From contig OZ249446.1 in the NCBI GenBank assembly GCA_965235115.1, positions 15,810,001 to 15,874,000 of the forward strand: DNA of 64,000 nucleotides. The letters are read 5' to 3'. Every line of letters begins with the position of its first letter. Position 1 is the first letter of the stretch. This stretch comes from Laetmonice hystrix (Eukaryota). Position numbers and translations under genes: made by a program. A model generated the notes under the pieces. That model saw only the letters and a list, made by a program, of their open reading frames with translations, was not told the DNA's origin and made no database searches. This document shows positions 51,122-63,731 of the stretch, one piece after another.

Positions 51122-51491
51122 TCACGTACAAAGTTCGTTCAAAAGCACGTCAGCAATGACATCCGTCTCCTCTCTTGACCTCGCTCTGTACATGTGGGTG
51201 CTTTCGGGTGCCGAGGCAATTCGAGCCAGTTGTTCTCTGTCTATCGAGTCTCCCAGACCGATTACGTATATTCTCAACCGACCTCTGGCTCTTCGCAGGT
51301 CGTCAACGACCTGGTCGATGAAGTCCTTCTCCATGGTTGCCTTGCCATCGCTTAACAACACTAGCACGTTGTCAACGCCGTTACGGTCGCCACTGCGAGG
51401 GTTAAAGACGTTGTCACGGATTTGTCGCAAGGCTGCAGCAATGTTTGTCTGGTAGCCGACTTCGCTGACGGTGATGGCGTTCAGGATGTCA
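51122..51491 (-). CDS. Gene A terminal exon: vWA6 second half plus stop
   Basis: [23 protein letters not shown]...LLSDG...LLNELCT*. Confidence 0.9.
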
Positions 51492-54400
51492 CTAAAATGT
51501 AAATACAGTGTATAATACTTTTATCAAAAATATATAATTTCATATAAATTTGCCAAGCGCATGGGAGTAGAAAGTGGGCTATACATGTAATTCTAATTTA
51601 CGTTGTATACCACACCCTTCTTGTCCACCCGCGTCTCCCCGAAAAAATCATCAATAGATCTACGTATGTCATTAGTCACAGGAAAACGATATGTGTACAT
51701 GTGTATACGTAATTTAGGGTACATATAAGATCATGCATACCTTATCTGTGATATATTGGCTAATAACCCGATGGCCGTATAAGATGTTTAAGTATTTTTC
51801 AGTATTTTCTGCATATTTTCGGGTTTAACCTTCCTTTAAGACTCACCGGTCAGTAGAATAAGTGTCCAGGAAGAATTTTGTGTCTGGATTCTCCGCATAG
51901 GTTGTAAGGGAAATCCTTGTCCGGGAAAACTTGAAATTAAGGCCAGAAACGACACGCTTGATGAACGACACAGGAATATCAAACGTTCCTTCGAGGGAAC
52001 CGGATATATCGACCAGGAACGCGACGTCTGTCTGCGTTGCGCATCCTAGAAGGGAAAAAATGAGTAATTATAAGATTTCACGCCCAAAATATCTGCAGGT
52101 CCCTAGTTTAGATTTCGACATATTGCCTTATGCTGCCTTTGATCACTTTTCCAGAGCAAACCAAACAGGAGCCGTTGTGACCTGGGTGATATGAGCAAGG
52201 GTCAGCTATGAGCTGAGGACTTTTTACAAGAGTCTGGATAAAAAATCATGTTGTTTCACCTTATTTTATAAGCCTAGTTATTGTAACGTTATAGGGCATT
52301 TTCTTCGGTAAGGTATTCTTAATTTCGATTGGGTCTGGGGATTGAAATCTGGGACCCAACGTTACGAAAAACTGTAAACAGCTAGGGACCTCATCGATTA
52401 TGGACCTCAACTCCGATTACTGGCAAGAAAAGTGATCCGTGGTCATAAGTAGCCTTACTAATATTTTATTTTCCATAACTAAATATGAGAACGGGATGGG
52501 TAGGGTCGCCTATTTTGCAGTCACACCATGGGCCTGGTCCCCTGGGAATGAACAACCTAAACGTACGTCGTTCGCAGTTGACTCCTGTGTAGCGATCATC
52601 ACAGCGACATAAGTAAGACTTGAGGCCGTCAATACACGTTCCGCCGTTCAGGCACGGAGAACTTTCACACTCGTTTATACCTTAAAGAGGGAGAGGCAAA
52701 CAAAAGAGATGTGTACAGGTTACAGGGTAATGAAGAGTATTATACTTGTGTGGCGTGTATATCTCGACAAATGCGTTCTTGATAGGCCTGGACCTAAAAT
52801 TTCTTCATAGAAATTATATAAATGCGTTTATTTTAGAAATAAAAACCTTACTGTTGCACACTGCCCCTGCCACGTTCGGCACCACAGTCTCCAAATTCTT
52901 GAAGTCCTCAACGTTGAAGATATTTTCTGCGAAAGGTTCGCTAGCGATGCCATGAAGATTCAGGTAGTTCCGCCCCGAATTCAGCCCTGAGCCAATGGTT
53001 ACCAAGACAACATGGATCCCTTCTATCTTCGCATTGATCGCTTCCGGTATCATGCTCTCCCGCTCGGCGTTCGGCAGGCCATCCGTGACAACGATGGCGT
53101 AGTTTGCGACATCAGGCCTGTCGCCGCCCGTGCTAGTAAAGAGATTATTTCGCGCCAGGCTGATTCCTCTAGCGGTGTTCGTCTTGCCACCCACGTACGA
53201 CTCGCCCAGTTTGTCGAGGGCGAAAAGCACATCTTCTCTCTCGGAGCGGGCCCTGAACGGATGTCGAACCTCAGCGTTCTCATTGAATGAGATGATGGAC
53301 ACATGGATCTGATCGTTCTCCAGGTCAAGCTGACGTACGAGCGACTTCACGAAGTCGATCACGTAACCGTAATTCTCTTTCTGGATCGACCCGCTTGAGT
53401 CGATCAGGAAAGCTATGTCCGCCCTGTTCGTACAGACTGCAGAGAAATATATATTCAGTCAGACAAACGCGCAAACGTCTTTTCATTCAACCTAACAGGC
53501 TATAAGTCTCATGTTCTAGCGGGTGAACCTCCTGAGGAATACACTACGACCTTCTCAACATTGTTCTCCTGTAGTTTTAATCTCTCTCGGAATCACTCAC
53601 ATCTTTCACAGTGACGCCCGGTGAATCCTGCCCGACACCGACACGTGTAGTCATTGAGACCGTCAATGCACACGCCACCATTCAGACACGGCCCTCCTTC
53701 ACACTCATCAACGACTGGTGCAGACAATAACAAAATGATTTCAATACATTTCTTACCGTATACTTCTTCATTGAGGGTTTTAGCCTTTCATGGAACCATA
53801 AGATTCGCCTACGTTCATATCACATTCAACAGCAATTGCTCTTCGTCTTCTTGTTTGTTTGTAAATGCTACTTTAGTTTTCTTGATTTTGGGGTAAATAT
53901 TTAGGCCTTGATAACGTTTAATAGAATAATTCTCAATCCCCACTTGGACTAGTCGGGCCTCTGTTTCTAGTAATGCTTGACCCTGACTGGTGACCTGTAG
54001 ATAAGATACTCACTGTTACACGACTCGCGGATGAGAGGAGTGAGCACTCCAGCTAGTGCGTTGAAGTCTCGTACTTTGTACACGTTCTGGTTGTCAGGGT
54101 CGCTCGCAATTCCGTTCAGTTCTTTCTGCCCGACACTTTGGCCAACTCCGATAGCAACAAGATGAATTCCCGCTTTTCGGGTGGCAACCGCCTCGGCTAA
54201 CGTGTCGTCCCGGATGTTCGACTTGCCATCGGTTAGAATGATTCCAATATTGACGGCATTGGGACGGTCGCCATTACCACGCGTGAAGACTTGATTGCGC
54301 ATGAGCCGTAGCGCTTCCGCCGTGTTTGTGGTGCCCCCTGTGTAGCGGAAGTTCATGGCGTTCAGCACAGATTTCGTCGTGTTGTAGGCGTTCAGACCGA

Positions 54401-57400
54401 AACGGACGGTTGCATCGGTCGAATACAGGATAATGCTTACCCTGGTCCCACCCTCAATGTTCAAACCGTATATCAAGTCACGGACAAAGTCTTGCATGAT
54501 GAAGAAATTGGGTTTCTCTATACTTCCGGAGGCGTCCATGGCAATGGCGACGTCAGCAATATTAGGACACCCTGTAACGTACAAAACAGGTATTAAACTA
54601 CAATATGGACAAACAAGACTAGTTTTATCAGTACTTGGAGAATATAGATGGTTCATTTTTATATTGTATCAAGTATCATCACAATATGTTAAATACTGAG
54701 GTGTTGTCTTACGCTGGTCACAGTCCTTGCCCGTGAAGCCCGTGGGACAGCGACAGTAGTACATATTGATGGCGTCCTTACATACGCCTCCATTCTGACA
54801 CGGTGAGCTTCGACATTCGTTCTCCACTAGAAAGGGCACAGAGAGCAGGTCAATGGAGGAGAAACTGGTTGAATTTCTAACTGAAGCGACAAGTGGTCAG
54901 TACAATAGTGACAGAGCTGGAGTTTGTGCCGACATATTTTCTCTTGGGGATGTTAAGCCACTGATCTCCAGAGGATCCTTAAACTAGTTCGTGGTCCTGA
55001 AATTCTAAAGCACATCTTACGATTGCACATCGCGAGGACCAATAGATCCAATGCCTGGAACAACGAGTTGTAGTCGAGTACGTTGAAGACGTTGCGAGAC
55101 TTGGGATGACTTGCCATTCCTTCTAACTCGGACTGACGCACCCACTTGCCCACACCAAGGGCAAGAACCGTTACCCCGTTGTCTCGTAGCAGTCTGGCCT
55201 CGTCAATGCTTTCGTCGGGGTTGGTGGACTCTCCGTCCGTGATTATAAATAGAACATCAGGGATGTCCAGTCTGTTTCCGTTAGCCTCGGAGAAAATAAC
55301 TTGGCGGGCAAACCGCAAGGCCTGCCCCGTGTTCGTTCTCCCATGGGTGTATCTGCCAAATAAAAGCTAGACTGCTAATGGTTCCTGGGTTACTTTCTGG
55401 AATTTTACACGAGTTGCAAAGAATATTTTGGTAGCATATAGGGGGTTAAGGACATTATATATTATCAACACAAATTTTTAAGATAGCAATAATCGAATCG
55501 GGAGGGAACAGCGATAATTTTAATTTTGATTTTGATTTTACCTGGTCTTTCTAATTTTGCTCAGCAGTTCAGTCTAATTGAATACTATATTAAGGTTGGT
55601 CATTACGCCACTCACTCGACTCGTTGTATAGCGCCAGTGACCTGAGAAGCTGTCGTGTATTGGTCGAGGAAGAACTCAACCTTTGGGGTATCCGCGAACG
55701 TCATGAGTGACACCCGCGCTCGGTTGTTCCTGAAGTCTAGCCGGGCCGCCAGTTCTCGGACAAAGTTTAATACCCTCTGGAAATCAGGCTCTTCGATGGA
55801 GCCAGAGGAGTCCAAGACAAAGGCAATGTCCACTTGGTCAGTGCAGACTGGAAAAATAAAACAAAGAATGTTGTGAGCGAGACTTTGATAGATGGCGACT
55901 TTGCAACTCTTCCTTGCACAGATTCCACATTTAAAATCAGGGGCGTGCCGGATCCGCATAATTTGACATCACAGTCTGAAGCAACACGACACCTGAGAGG
56001 CCGTGCCGAAAACCTTCACAAATCAAATGACGTCATGTATACGTCAGGAGGTGCTCACCAGGTGGCGCCTCACGGCAGGTCCTCCTGACGAGCGTCGATT
56101 CGATTTCCCGGAGGTTGTTAAAGTCGGTCACGTGGAAGACGTGCTCGCTGTCTGGGTTTGTGCCAATCTCACGCATCTCATTCTCCAGGCGCGGTCGCGT
56201 CAGCACGTCGTCACCAATTCCAATGGCGAACACCCGGATACCATTTTCGTGGAGATTGTTCGCTTCAATCGTAGTGAGTTGAGGCTACAAATAGTTACCA
56301 GTAAGTACGACCAGGCTGAGGGCGGGGGGTTGGGTGGGGTCGGAGGGGTGTGCGCCTCCCTCAGCGGACGGAGGAGTACTTGTCCGTGCAAAAATACAAC
56401 CCTATGCAGAAACCCTTTTCTCTTGTCAGTTTGCAGGTAAGAGCAAATCCTCCGTCAGTAGAAGCCCTGGCTGTAAGTTTACTTTCTCCCCCAAAAGGTC
56501 CAATTTTCCTAAAATATTAACAATTTCCACTTCTTCAAAAAGGTCCACTTTCCCCCCAAAACGACTAGTTCATTTGGAAATCCTGGAATGCCAAGTTATG
56601 TGGAGCTGTATTGACATAGAAATCCTTACGTTTGAAAACGAGAATTAGTAGGTCTACTGTGTTGTGGGTGAGATGCATAATGGTGACTGAGCTACTAAAA
56701 CCTCTTACAGTTAATGAGTTAATTTTATGTTACTCCCTTCTGATCTTTGTCTCCTTCCGTAGTTCTATTCCGATTTCGATTTCAAAGAATAAAATTCCTT
56801 TTCAGAATATGGCGTTAATAGCACGCAAATGCTACTGAGCAGATTGCATTTTTTAAACCCAATATCGCGCCGATATCACAAGGCAAATCGGAACAATGAA
56901 AAGGGTTTTTACGTGTCCCTATCGGACTTTCTAATTGCAATGTACACAAGTGACAACTACGGACCTGGATAGTCGACGCCCCGTCGCTAACCACCACTGC
57001 GATATCGCGAACGTTTAGTCGGTCTCCACGTCTCTGTTCATATACATCGCGACTGAGCGTGCGCAATGCTCCGGATGTATTAGTGGCGCCCTCTAGAAAT
57101 CCAAGTTTCGAGATGGCGTCAGTCATCTCGCCTTTACTTCGGTATCTGTGCAAAACGAAAGGGAGAACCGTTATTCTTGTCGGGGTGGAATGTAATCATT
57201 TTTAGCGATTAGCATATGACTTTCTGTTTCCAATATGGACGGAGGCCGGTTAGGCAATATTTCTATTACAATTGTCGCCCGTAGGTATTACCACATAAGA
57301 TATTGGATATGGTGGCAAGATCGTAATGGTTTGCCATATTGATAGAATATCAAGGTGTTCACTTCTCTAACTTCTCAGAAGCTTGTGACACAGCGTTTAT

Positions 57401-60400
57401 GAATAACTTAACGTCAAGGTTTGACAAGTTCTTTTTGTGCCCACCCTATAAATCCCAATCCTCACGTATATGCCATACAGGCCCATCTTATTCTGTCCTT
57501 ATTATAATAGTACCTTTTCAGATTTCCTGTTCTTCTATAAACCATAGCAATCCTAAAAAGTTTTAATGAAAAGTTACAACTTAACTTCCCTTCGCGTGAG
57601 GCCCTCTGAGCCTTCAAATAATATTTACCTCCACTGATCATGAAAGGCGTTAATGACATGCTTACAGGGGTTTAATTGCCAACCCTGTTACACTGATCAT
57701 GTAAAATACATGCATGTTGCATTCCACGTATGGTAACAAGTTTTAACATACCTATACGTAATTAAGACATGGCACATTCCTAGGAAGCCGTGCGAGGTCT
57801 AAGGTGCAAGCTGTTTTAGGCTAAGGCCTAAATTGTCTCAGCTCTAGCCATCATATTCACTCGCAGTCGCATTTTATTGTCAAGCGCATGAAACACAGGT
57901 TTGCGCAAGGGACGAAATGGTACGTTAGAGTCATAAACAATACGCATACAAAGGAATAGTAATCACCCTTTACAAGAGCAGATCCCAGAGATTAAGACAT
58001 GAGTTATAACATATACTATGGTACCCGTGCGACTGGCTGAAAATTCCGCCGAGATATATGCTTTATGTGGCGTACATCTCTTAAAGAGGAAGGCCTATAC
58101 TTTCACGGTATTTTAGAACCAGTTCCAGGAGGGACGATAAACATCAACAAGTATTCCGAGTTCACCAATACAATAGGAAGCCTTCACCAAGGAGGAACCA
58201 TGCCGATACCCAGGGCCGTAACCCGACTCAATGCACTGGACGAAAACAATCACGCCACCTGGTGGCATGAACCAACATCACAAAACAATCGACGCCAATT
58301 GAATGTTGCCTTCCAGGGTGACTGTAAGAGGAGGTGGGGAGGAGGTTGAGAAAAAGGCATGACAGATCAGGAGAGCATTCTCTTCCCAGAAGGAATGCGT
58401 AATAAGTTTTCTTTTCAGTTTCAGGATGATTGTATAGGTGAGCGAACCCGTGAGAAATGGATACCACTGTTGTAGTTTACACTTAGAAACACAGGGATGT
58501 ATGTGTACCGCCGTTCCGTAAAAGTTTATCCCTATTTAATCGGTTAACCTAGATAGTGCTTCTTTTATAAGAACCTCTAAAGTCCATTTAAATTTACTGA
58601 GACGAGAATTGGTCTTGCACAGAGAAAATGCATTGTCAAGGTAGCCATCAATGAGCAGAAGCTATAGGGCGGCATCGAAGTAGAGTTTGACAACGGCAAC
58701 CCCTTGGCCTATAGCAGTGGTGAAAGCCCAGTAGCTACAGGTTTGCAGCATTTCCAAATCGAAAAAAATGAGCATATTCTTTCTTTCTCGTTATGGTTTT
58801 TATGTTTCTCTCTTTTTCTCATAGTATGGGCTTCTAGAAAGGCAATGACATGTGGTTACAATGGAACACGTACAATGGAAGGGGTGTTTATCTGTGTATA
58901 TATATGTGCGTCGTACTGTGATAATATATATACATAAAAAGCGGAAATGTTTCTGAGCCGTGTTCCACACACACAAGGGCTTAGCAACATAACGGACACA
59001 CAGGTAGATGCATTGTAGGTACACTAAAATGATGCAAAGATACTTACAATAACGGGTCAGGTGAGAGGTACCTTAATTAGATAGCACACCAGCACGTCAC
59101 TCTTACACGCAGCTTTTTAATGATTAAATTAATTAATGTATTAATTGTGTCATGTGGGGCGTCATGCCCGTGACTTGTGTATTGTGAATTTGAGCTCTAT
59201 TGTGGCATTGCTTTAATATTCATGTCCCTATACTGCAGCAGATTATCTTCATAATCTGTTCTATTTATATTATAATTCGTTCATTTAAAAAAAAAAAGTT
59301 TCAGTAACACATAAAGTGGGACATTATTACAGAAAATATGTGGACTAAGAACAACCTCTATTATCCAATCCATGTATTGGGGCCTCTGGCGCATTCTTCT
59401 TCTTTTTCTTCCTCCTCTTCTTTTCCTTCATCTTTTTTCCATCCATTTTTCATTCTAGGTATAGAGTCGCCTTTACTGAACGAATACTTACCTGTCTCAG
59501 CAAAGTCGGGTGTAGGAGGCACATAAAATCCGACTAGAATCTTTTGGCACACTATCGCATCCATTCCAGGGTAGTGGGATTTTTTCGTCCATTTCTTTAT
59601 TATATACAGCAGTCATTACTCTATTCAATGCATATTATATCCACTGGCGACTTTTCAGGGCAACTAAATCTCTATCTGCGTTATGTAGGGTAGAAACGGT
59701 CTCAAACTGGTTATAATAGACAGTGACATCTCTATACAGTCTAATGGTTAGAGCAGCCAGCTCCTTTCTAGCCATGTGGCCCTGACGTCATTCATGGTTT
59801 TAGGGTTAAAAAACATATTTGACAAGAAAAGAACTTTGTTCCTGCAATGTACCCTTGAATATTGTAACGATACTTTCATTTTTTTACTGACGGTTTTCTA
59901 GGTATCATAAAACCTGATAAAAATTACGAAATTATATAGTCCCTAAAGATGCGTAACCCTGCCAAATTTGATAGTGCCATCGTCCACGTAACAAGAGAAC
60001 AAATGGCACTGGTCCGCCCGACCGGCTTATTTTCGTATGGTTGATGGAAGTGAACGAAAATAAAGAATGCACGATGATGCATGTTTGATTAAATGTGGAC
60101 ATTAATAAGACATCTTATGAATCATGGTTTTGTTGAATTTCTTCCGGCCGGTCGCCAGACCAGTGGGCCAAGGCTTTTACGAAGGGTGCAGGCCAAGTAA
60201 AATGCACCACAACAGAATCTGATGTACGAGCAGGCGTGTCCTATGAAAACTTAAAATCACGCATTAAAAAGGTGATTCTGTGAAGTAAATATCAGTCGTT
60301 GCTCCAGAAAGACTGGCATTTTACAAATTAGTAAAAGGTTAGAGATACATGGCTCCCAACGCTATTGTTTTCTCTGAAATTGTATCCATGAATACAATAC

Positions 60401-63254
60401 ACATACATGCAGGCACCCACGCATAAATTCCATGTATTCGCACCCCTATGCAACAGGTTGAATTTGAAATGTCAACGTGAGCATTTGTCAACTAGGTCAA
60501 AAACGTGTCAACTGTGTCAAACCTAGAGTCCTACATTAGAATCTGAAAGAAATAGCATGAATTTCAGTATAGATGCATGGCTCAAAACGCTATTGTTTCC
60601 TCTGAAATTGTATCCATGAATACAATACACATACATGCATGCACCCACGCATAAATTCCATGTATTCGCACCCCTATGCAACAGGTTGAATTTGAAATGT
60701 CAACGTGAGCATTTGTCAACTAGGTCAAAAACGTGTCAACTGTGTCAAACCTAGAGTCCTACATTAGAATCTGAAAGAAATAGCATGAATTTCAGTATAG
60801 ACGCACCTGTCGAAGTAGAAACTAACGGTGGCGTTATCACTGTAGGTTACCACCGCTATACGGACGCCATCCCACGAAATGTACATTTCGTTTATGATGC
60901 GCACGCAGAAGTCGAGCATGACTCGCCAGTTTTTGAGCCCAACGGAACCGGAAGAGTCCAGGATGAAGGAAATGTCGGCTTGTCCCGCGCATGCTGGTTA
61001 TCACAGAAAGTATGCTTACATAACGTAAAATTATCAGATACTTTTCAGTAATGCATTGCATGGCCTTAAGCAAATCAGCACTTATATATCATATAGGTTG
61101 ACTGTGGGGCAAGGTTATGATGGTAACTGCATCTGGATTAAGGTCACTTACATAGACGTCATCAGGGTGGGTGATACCAAAGAAATTTCCTGGAGACACA
61201 TGAGGACCTGACTGCCAAAGGTTCCGCTAAAGTAGGCTATTCATTGCAGACCTACTAGTACACAGTCAAAACTTTGCCGCTACCGAACTGCGAGTTGAAA
61301 GACTTGTTACTTACCTGGGATTCCTCGACACAGCCCCTTCAGGATGTCGTTCCGGAAGCTGAAAAGCCCGGTGGCGTCCTCGACTATCGTGATGTACTCA
61401 TCGACAGGATCGGAGGCCAGTTGACGGAGAAACCCGAACAGTCGGAATCCTTCCACGTTAGTTCCATACGAGGCCACGTAGATCTCTGTCTCCTTGTTCT
61501 TCAGGTTCTGGGCAGCCTCCTGAATATTGCCACCTACCGTGAAGACGCTGGCGGAAGTGATGACGAAGAGAACCTTCGGGAAGCGAGGTCGGGATCCGCC
61601 AGCAGTGTTAAACATGACCCGGTCGACGAACTCGAGAACGCGGGGCAGGGCGGCCTGCGTACCTTGGTACCGGATATTCTCCATCGCCAACATCAATTGG
61701 GATTTGTCGAAAAAATTCGACAACAAAATGTCGGCGGTGCCGTCACCGGCAATCGAGGCGACGCCGACCCGCGTCTTGTTCATAGCGATGTCCAGGCTGC
61801 TGACCAAATCACGTGCAAAGATTTTGGAACGCTGGAAACTGTCCTCTGTGGTGTAAATCGAGTTGTCCAGCAAGAAGACCACATCAGCCTCTCCTTCACA
61901 TCCTGAAGACAGCAAGGAAACGGGATGTATTGCCAATATGAAAATGATTATCTTGGCTATTCCGTTTCAATACTCTAAAATTATAGGCCGAAAATTGCGA
62001 GTTGGGTTTACCCAAAAATCTAAGTAGTGCCCTGCCGAGGGCATCTACAATCAACATCAACTGGTCATTAGTTTAAGTAGCCCTTCCGTGATGTAGAGAT
62101 TTATGTTAATTTAACAACTATGAAAAACTGAGAAACAATAGGCCTATAGGCCTATCATTTTGTCTTTGATCCAGAGTAGGTGAGGTAGTGGATTGGAGGT
62201 TTTACGCCCTGTCGACAGTATTTCAGTCATATTGAGGGCGATAGAAGCCAAGGGAACTATTTTACCCCCGGATTCCGGGGGATTTTTTAATCCAGAGACA
62301 AATCATGAGCAATGTGATCCTGCAGTTGAAGGTAGGTTAGTGGTCATCGACAAAGTAATCAAATCTCTATATGTTGCGATAAGTGTATTGCACACACGAT
62401 AATGTTAGTATGGTCAGAGCATCAGGAATCTTCAAGCCTCAAGTTGTCTAAACCAAATTCTTATTTGAGTAACGCAAATGAGTGTAATTAAATCCGAGTT
62501 AGATCAATGGGTGGAAAATCATGCCAGATCGTTTCTTGATAAAACCAGGAAATAACAATGCAGTAATATATTTCTTGAAAAAAGTGATTGCTATAACTAG
62601 GAGTATTTAGTGTGCAAAATTTAGGCGAAAAGAGTTATAGTTCAATGAACCCACCAAGGCGAAAGGTTCATAGACTAAGAGGAAAATTGTTATAGTCTAT
62701 ATCAATCACAGTATACAGTAGAAATATAAAGCAGAAGAATAGTATATTAAAAACACAAGACAACAGCACATCTTTAAGCTAAGACTATCACTGTCTACCT
62801 AGAATGATTAAGTAATATCACTTCAGTCATATCATGCCGGTACAAACTGTTCATTGTAACGTAAGCTTCACTATTCTTGTATATTCATGCTTCATTCCTT
62901 CTGTTTCCTCACCAAAATATTCATCCTCATTTTCTCCGTTGCCTCTAGGTGTCTGTGTTGTAGAACGAGAGAATTCTCGAGTGGATATGAGAGAAGACAG
63001 ACGGCTAGACGACGTGCTAAGGTTGTCGTTTGAAGGTAAAGAGGATAGATTCCTGGTCTGAGAAGAGGTAGAAATGTTAGCAGATAGAGTGAGAGGTCTG
63101 TCAACGGAATTATCTCCTCCCGGAGTCCCAACAGGAGTCAAGGTTATGCTTGTTGTCTGTGAGTTAATAGCGGTGACGTTAGTGGGTGTCCTAGCGGCAG
63201 AGTCGGGAACTAGATCCGTCACAAACTGGTCCGTTTTGACAGCTTCCGACGTAA
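51122..63254 (-). CDS. Gene A (5'-incomplete): Ser/Thr-rich stalk + vWA-vWA-vWA-EGF-vWA-EGF-vWA-EGF-vWA; paralogue of gene B
   Basis: Exons 62913-63254, 61315-61902, 60807-60993, 56965-57145, 56059-56284, 55616-55847, 55021-55352, 54713-54826, 54014-54571, 53601-53714, 52852-53436, 52567-52680, 51847-52045, 51122-51491. All are AG/GT-bounded and phase-compatible (4142 nt), ending LLNELCT*. Confidence 0.87.
51847..52045 (-). CDS. Gene A vWA6, first half
   Basis: [16 protein letters not shown]...FFLDTYSTD; donor gtgagt. Confidence 0.9.
52567..52680 (-). CDS. Gene A EGF3 exon
   Basis: [37 protein letters not shown]; 114 nt. Confidence 0.92.
52852..53436 (-). CDS. Gene A vWA5 (single exon)
   Basis: [16 protein letters not shown]...VVTDG...GAVCN; 585 nt. 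Confidence 0.92.
53601..53714 (-). CDS. Gene A EGF2 exon
   Basis: [37 protein letters not shown]; 114 nt. Confidence 0.92.
54014..54571 (-). CDS. Gene A vWA4 (single exon)
   Basis: [16 protein letters not shown]...ILTDG...RESCN; 558 nt. Confidence 0.92.
54713..54826 (-). CDS. Gene A EGF1 exon
   Basis: [37 protein letters not shown]; 114 nt. Confidence 0.92.
55021..55352 (-). CDS. Gene A vWA3, second half
   Basis: [14 protein letters not shown]...IITDG...LAMCN. Confidence 0.9.
55616..55847 (-). CDS. Gene A vWA3, first half
   Basis: [16 protein letters not shown]...GAIQRV; donor gtgagt. Confidence 0.9.
56059..56284 (-). CDS. Gene A vWA2, third part
   Basis: [24 protein letters not shown]...RRTCREAPP. 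Confidence 0.88.
56965..57145 (-). CDS. Gene A vWA2, second part
   Basis: [27 protein letters not shown]...[10 protein letters not shown]. Confidence 0.88.
60348..60803. repeat. 2 x 228 bp near-perfect intronic tandem duplication abutting a splice donor
   Basis: 60348-60575 vs 60576-60803. Confidence 0.92.
60807..60993 (-). CDS. Gene A vWA2, first part
   Basis: [18 protein letters not shown]...SFYFDR. Confidence 0.9.
61315..61902 (-). CDS. Gene A vWA1 (single exon, degenerate MIDAS)
   Basis: [16 protein letters not shown]...VITSAS...GLCRGIP; 588 nt. Confidence 0.9.
62913..63254 (-). CDS. Gene A Ser/Thr-rich (mucin-like) stalk exon
   Basis: 342-nt phase 1-1 exon (cctag|...ttt g|gtgagg) encoding TSEAVKT...STSSSRLSS...EDEYF. 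Confidence 0.7.
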
Positions 63255-63698
63255 CTAGGATGTAATTTAAGTAATGCAAGTGAAAGCTTCAGAAGAGATT
63301 CGTGATATATTTTATTGTAAAGAATGTATTGACAGAGAGTATCACCATTATGTTTACTAGTAGACTTTAACGGATTTATGAAGTATGGAGAGTAAGAATG
63401 AGGCAAACTATATGTGTGACCCAAGTGGGCTTGTGCGAGTACGTAGAGGGTTTCTTTAAGAAGAAAGGTACGTGTCCGATAGTTACAATGTACGATCATA
63501 TAAAACCAAATAAATACATTGAGTAAGTGAAGAAGCATCATTATATGGAACTGTTTTGTATATACATGTTCTCCTGAGATCATTATCTGTGTCTTTCGTT
63601 TCAGTCCAATTCTACAACTACTGACAAAAACGTAAAATGGAACAGGCCTCCGGCAAAGTCGTTCATCATCATTTGGAAGAAACAAGTTCGCGGCCTAC

Positions 63699-63731
63699 CT
63701 GTGAATGGAGGTCCATTGGCAGCGTTAGTAG
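63699..63731 (-). CDS. Possible 33-nt upstream mini-exon of gene A (xTNAANGPPFT)
   Basis: tccag|33 nt|gtaggc, phase 1-1 and stop-free. Confidence 0.35.

Noticed and set aside
58065-58349. 94-aa plus-strand ORF nested in a gene A intron
   Set aside because: No recognisable homology or supporting neighbouring exons.
61274-61906. Long antisense or alternate-frame ORFs over real exons (also 8086-8645, 16459-17207, 30817-31199, 53012-53328)
   Set aside because: They are shadows of GC-rich coding sequence.
25915-63254. Naming the vWA genes matrilin, collagen VI or VWA2, or treating them as one gene
   Set aside because: There is no coiled coil or Gly-X-Y region and the domain order differs. An in-frame stop at 51122-51124 with a parallel C-terminus and a separate signal-peptide exon at 36911 indicate two genes.
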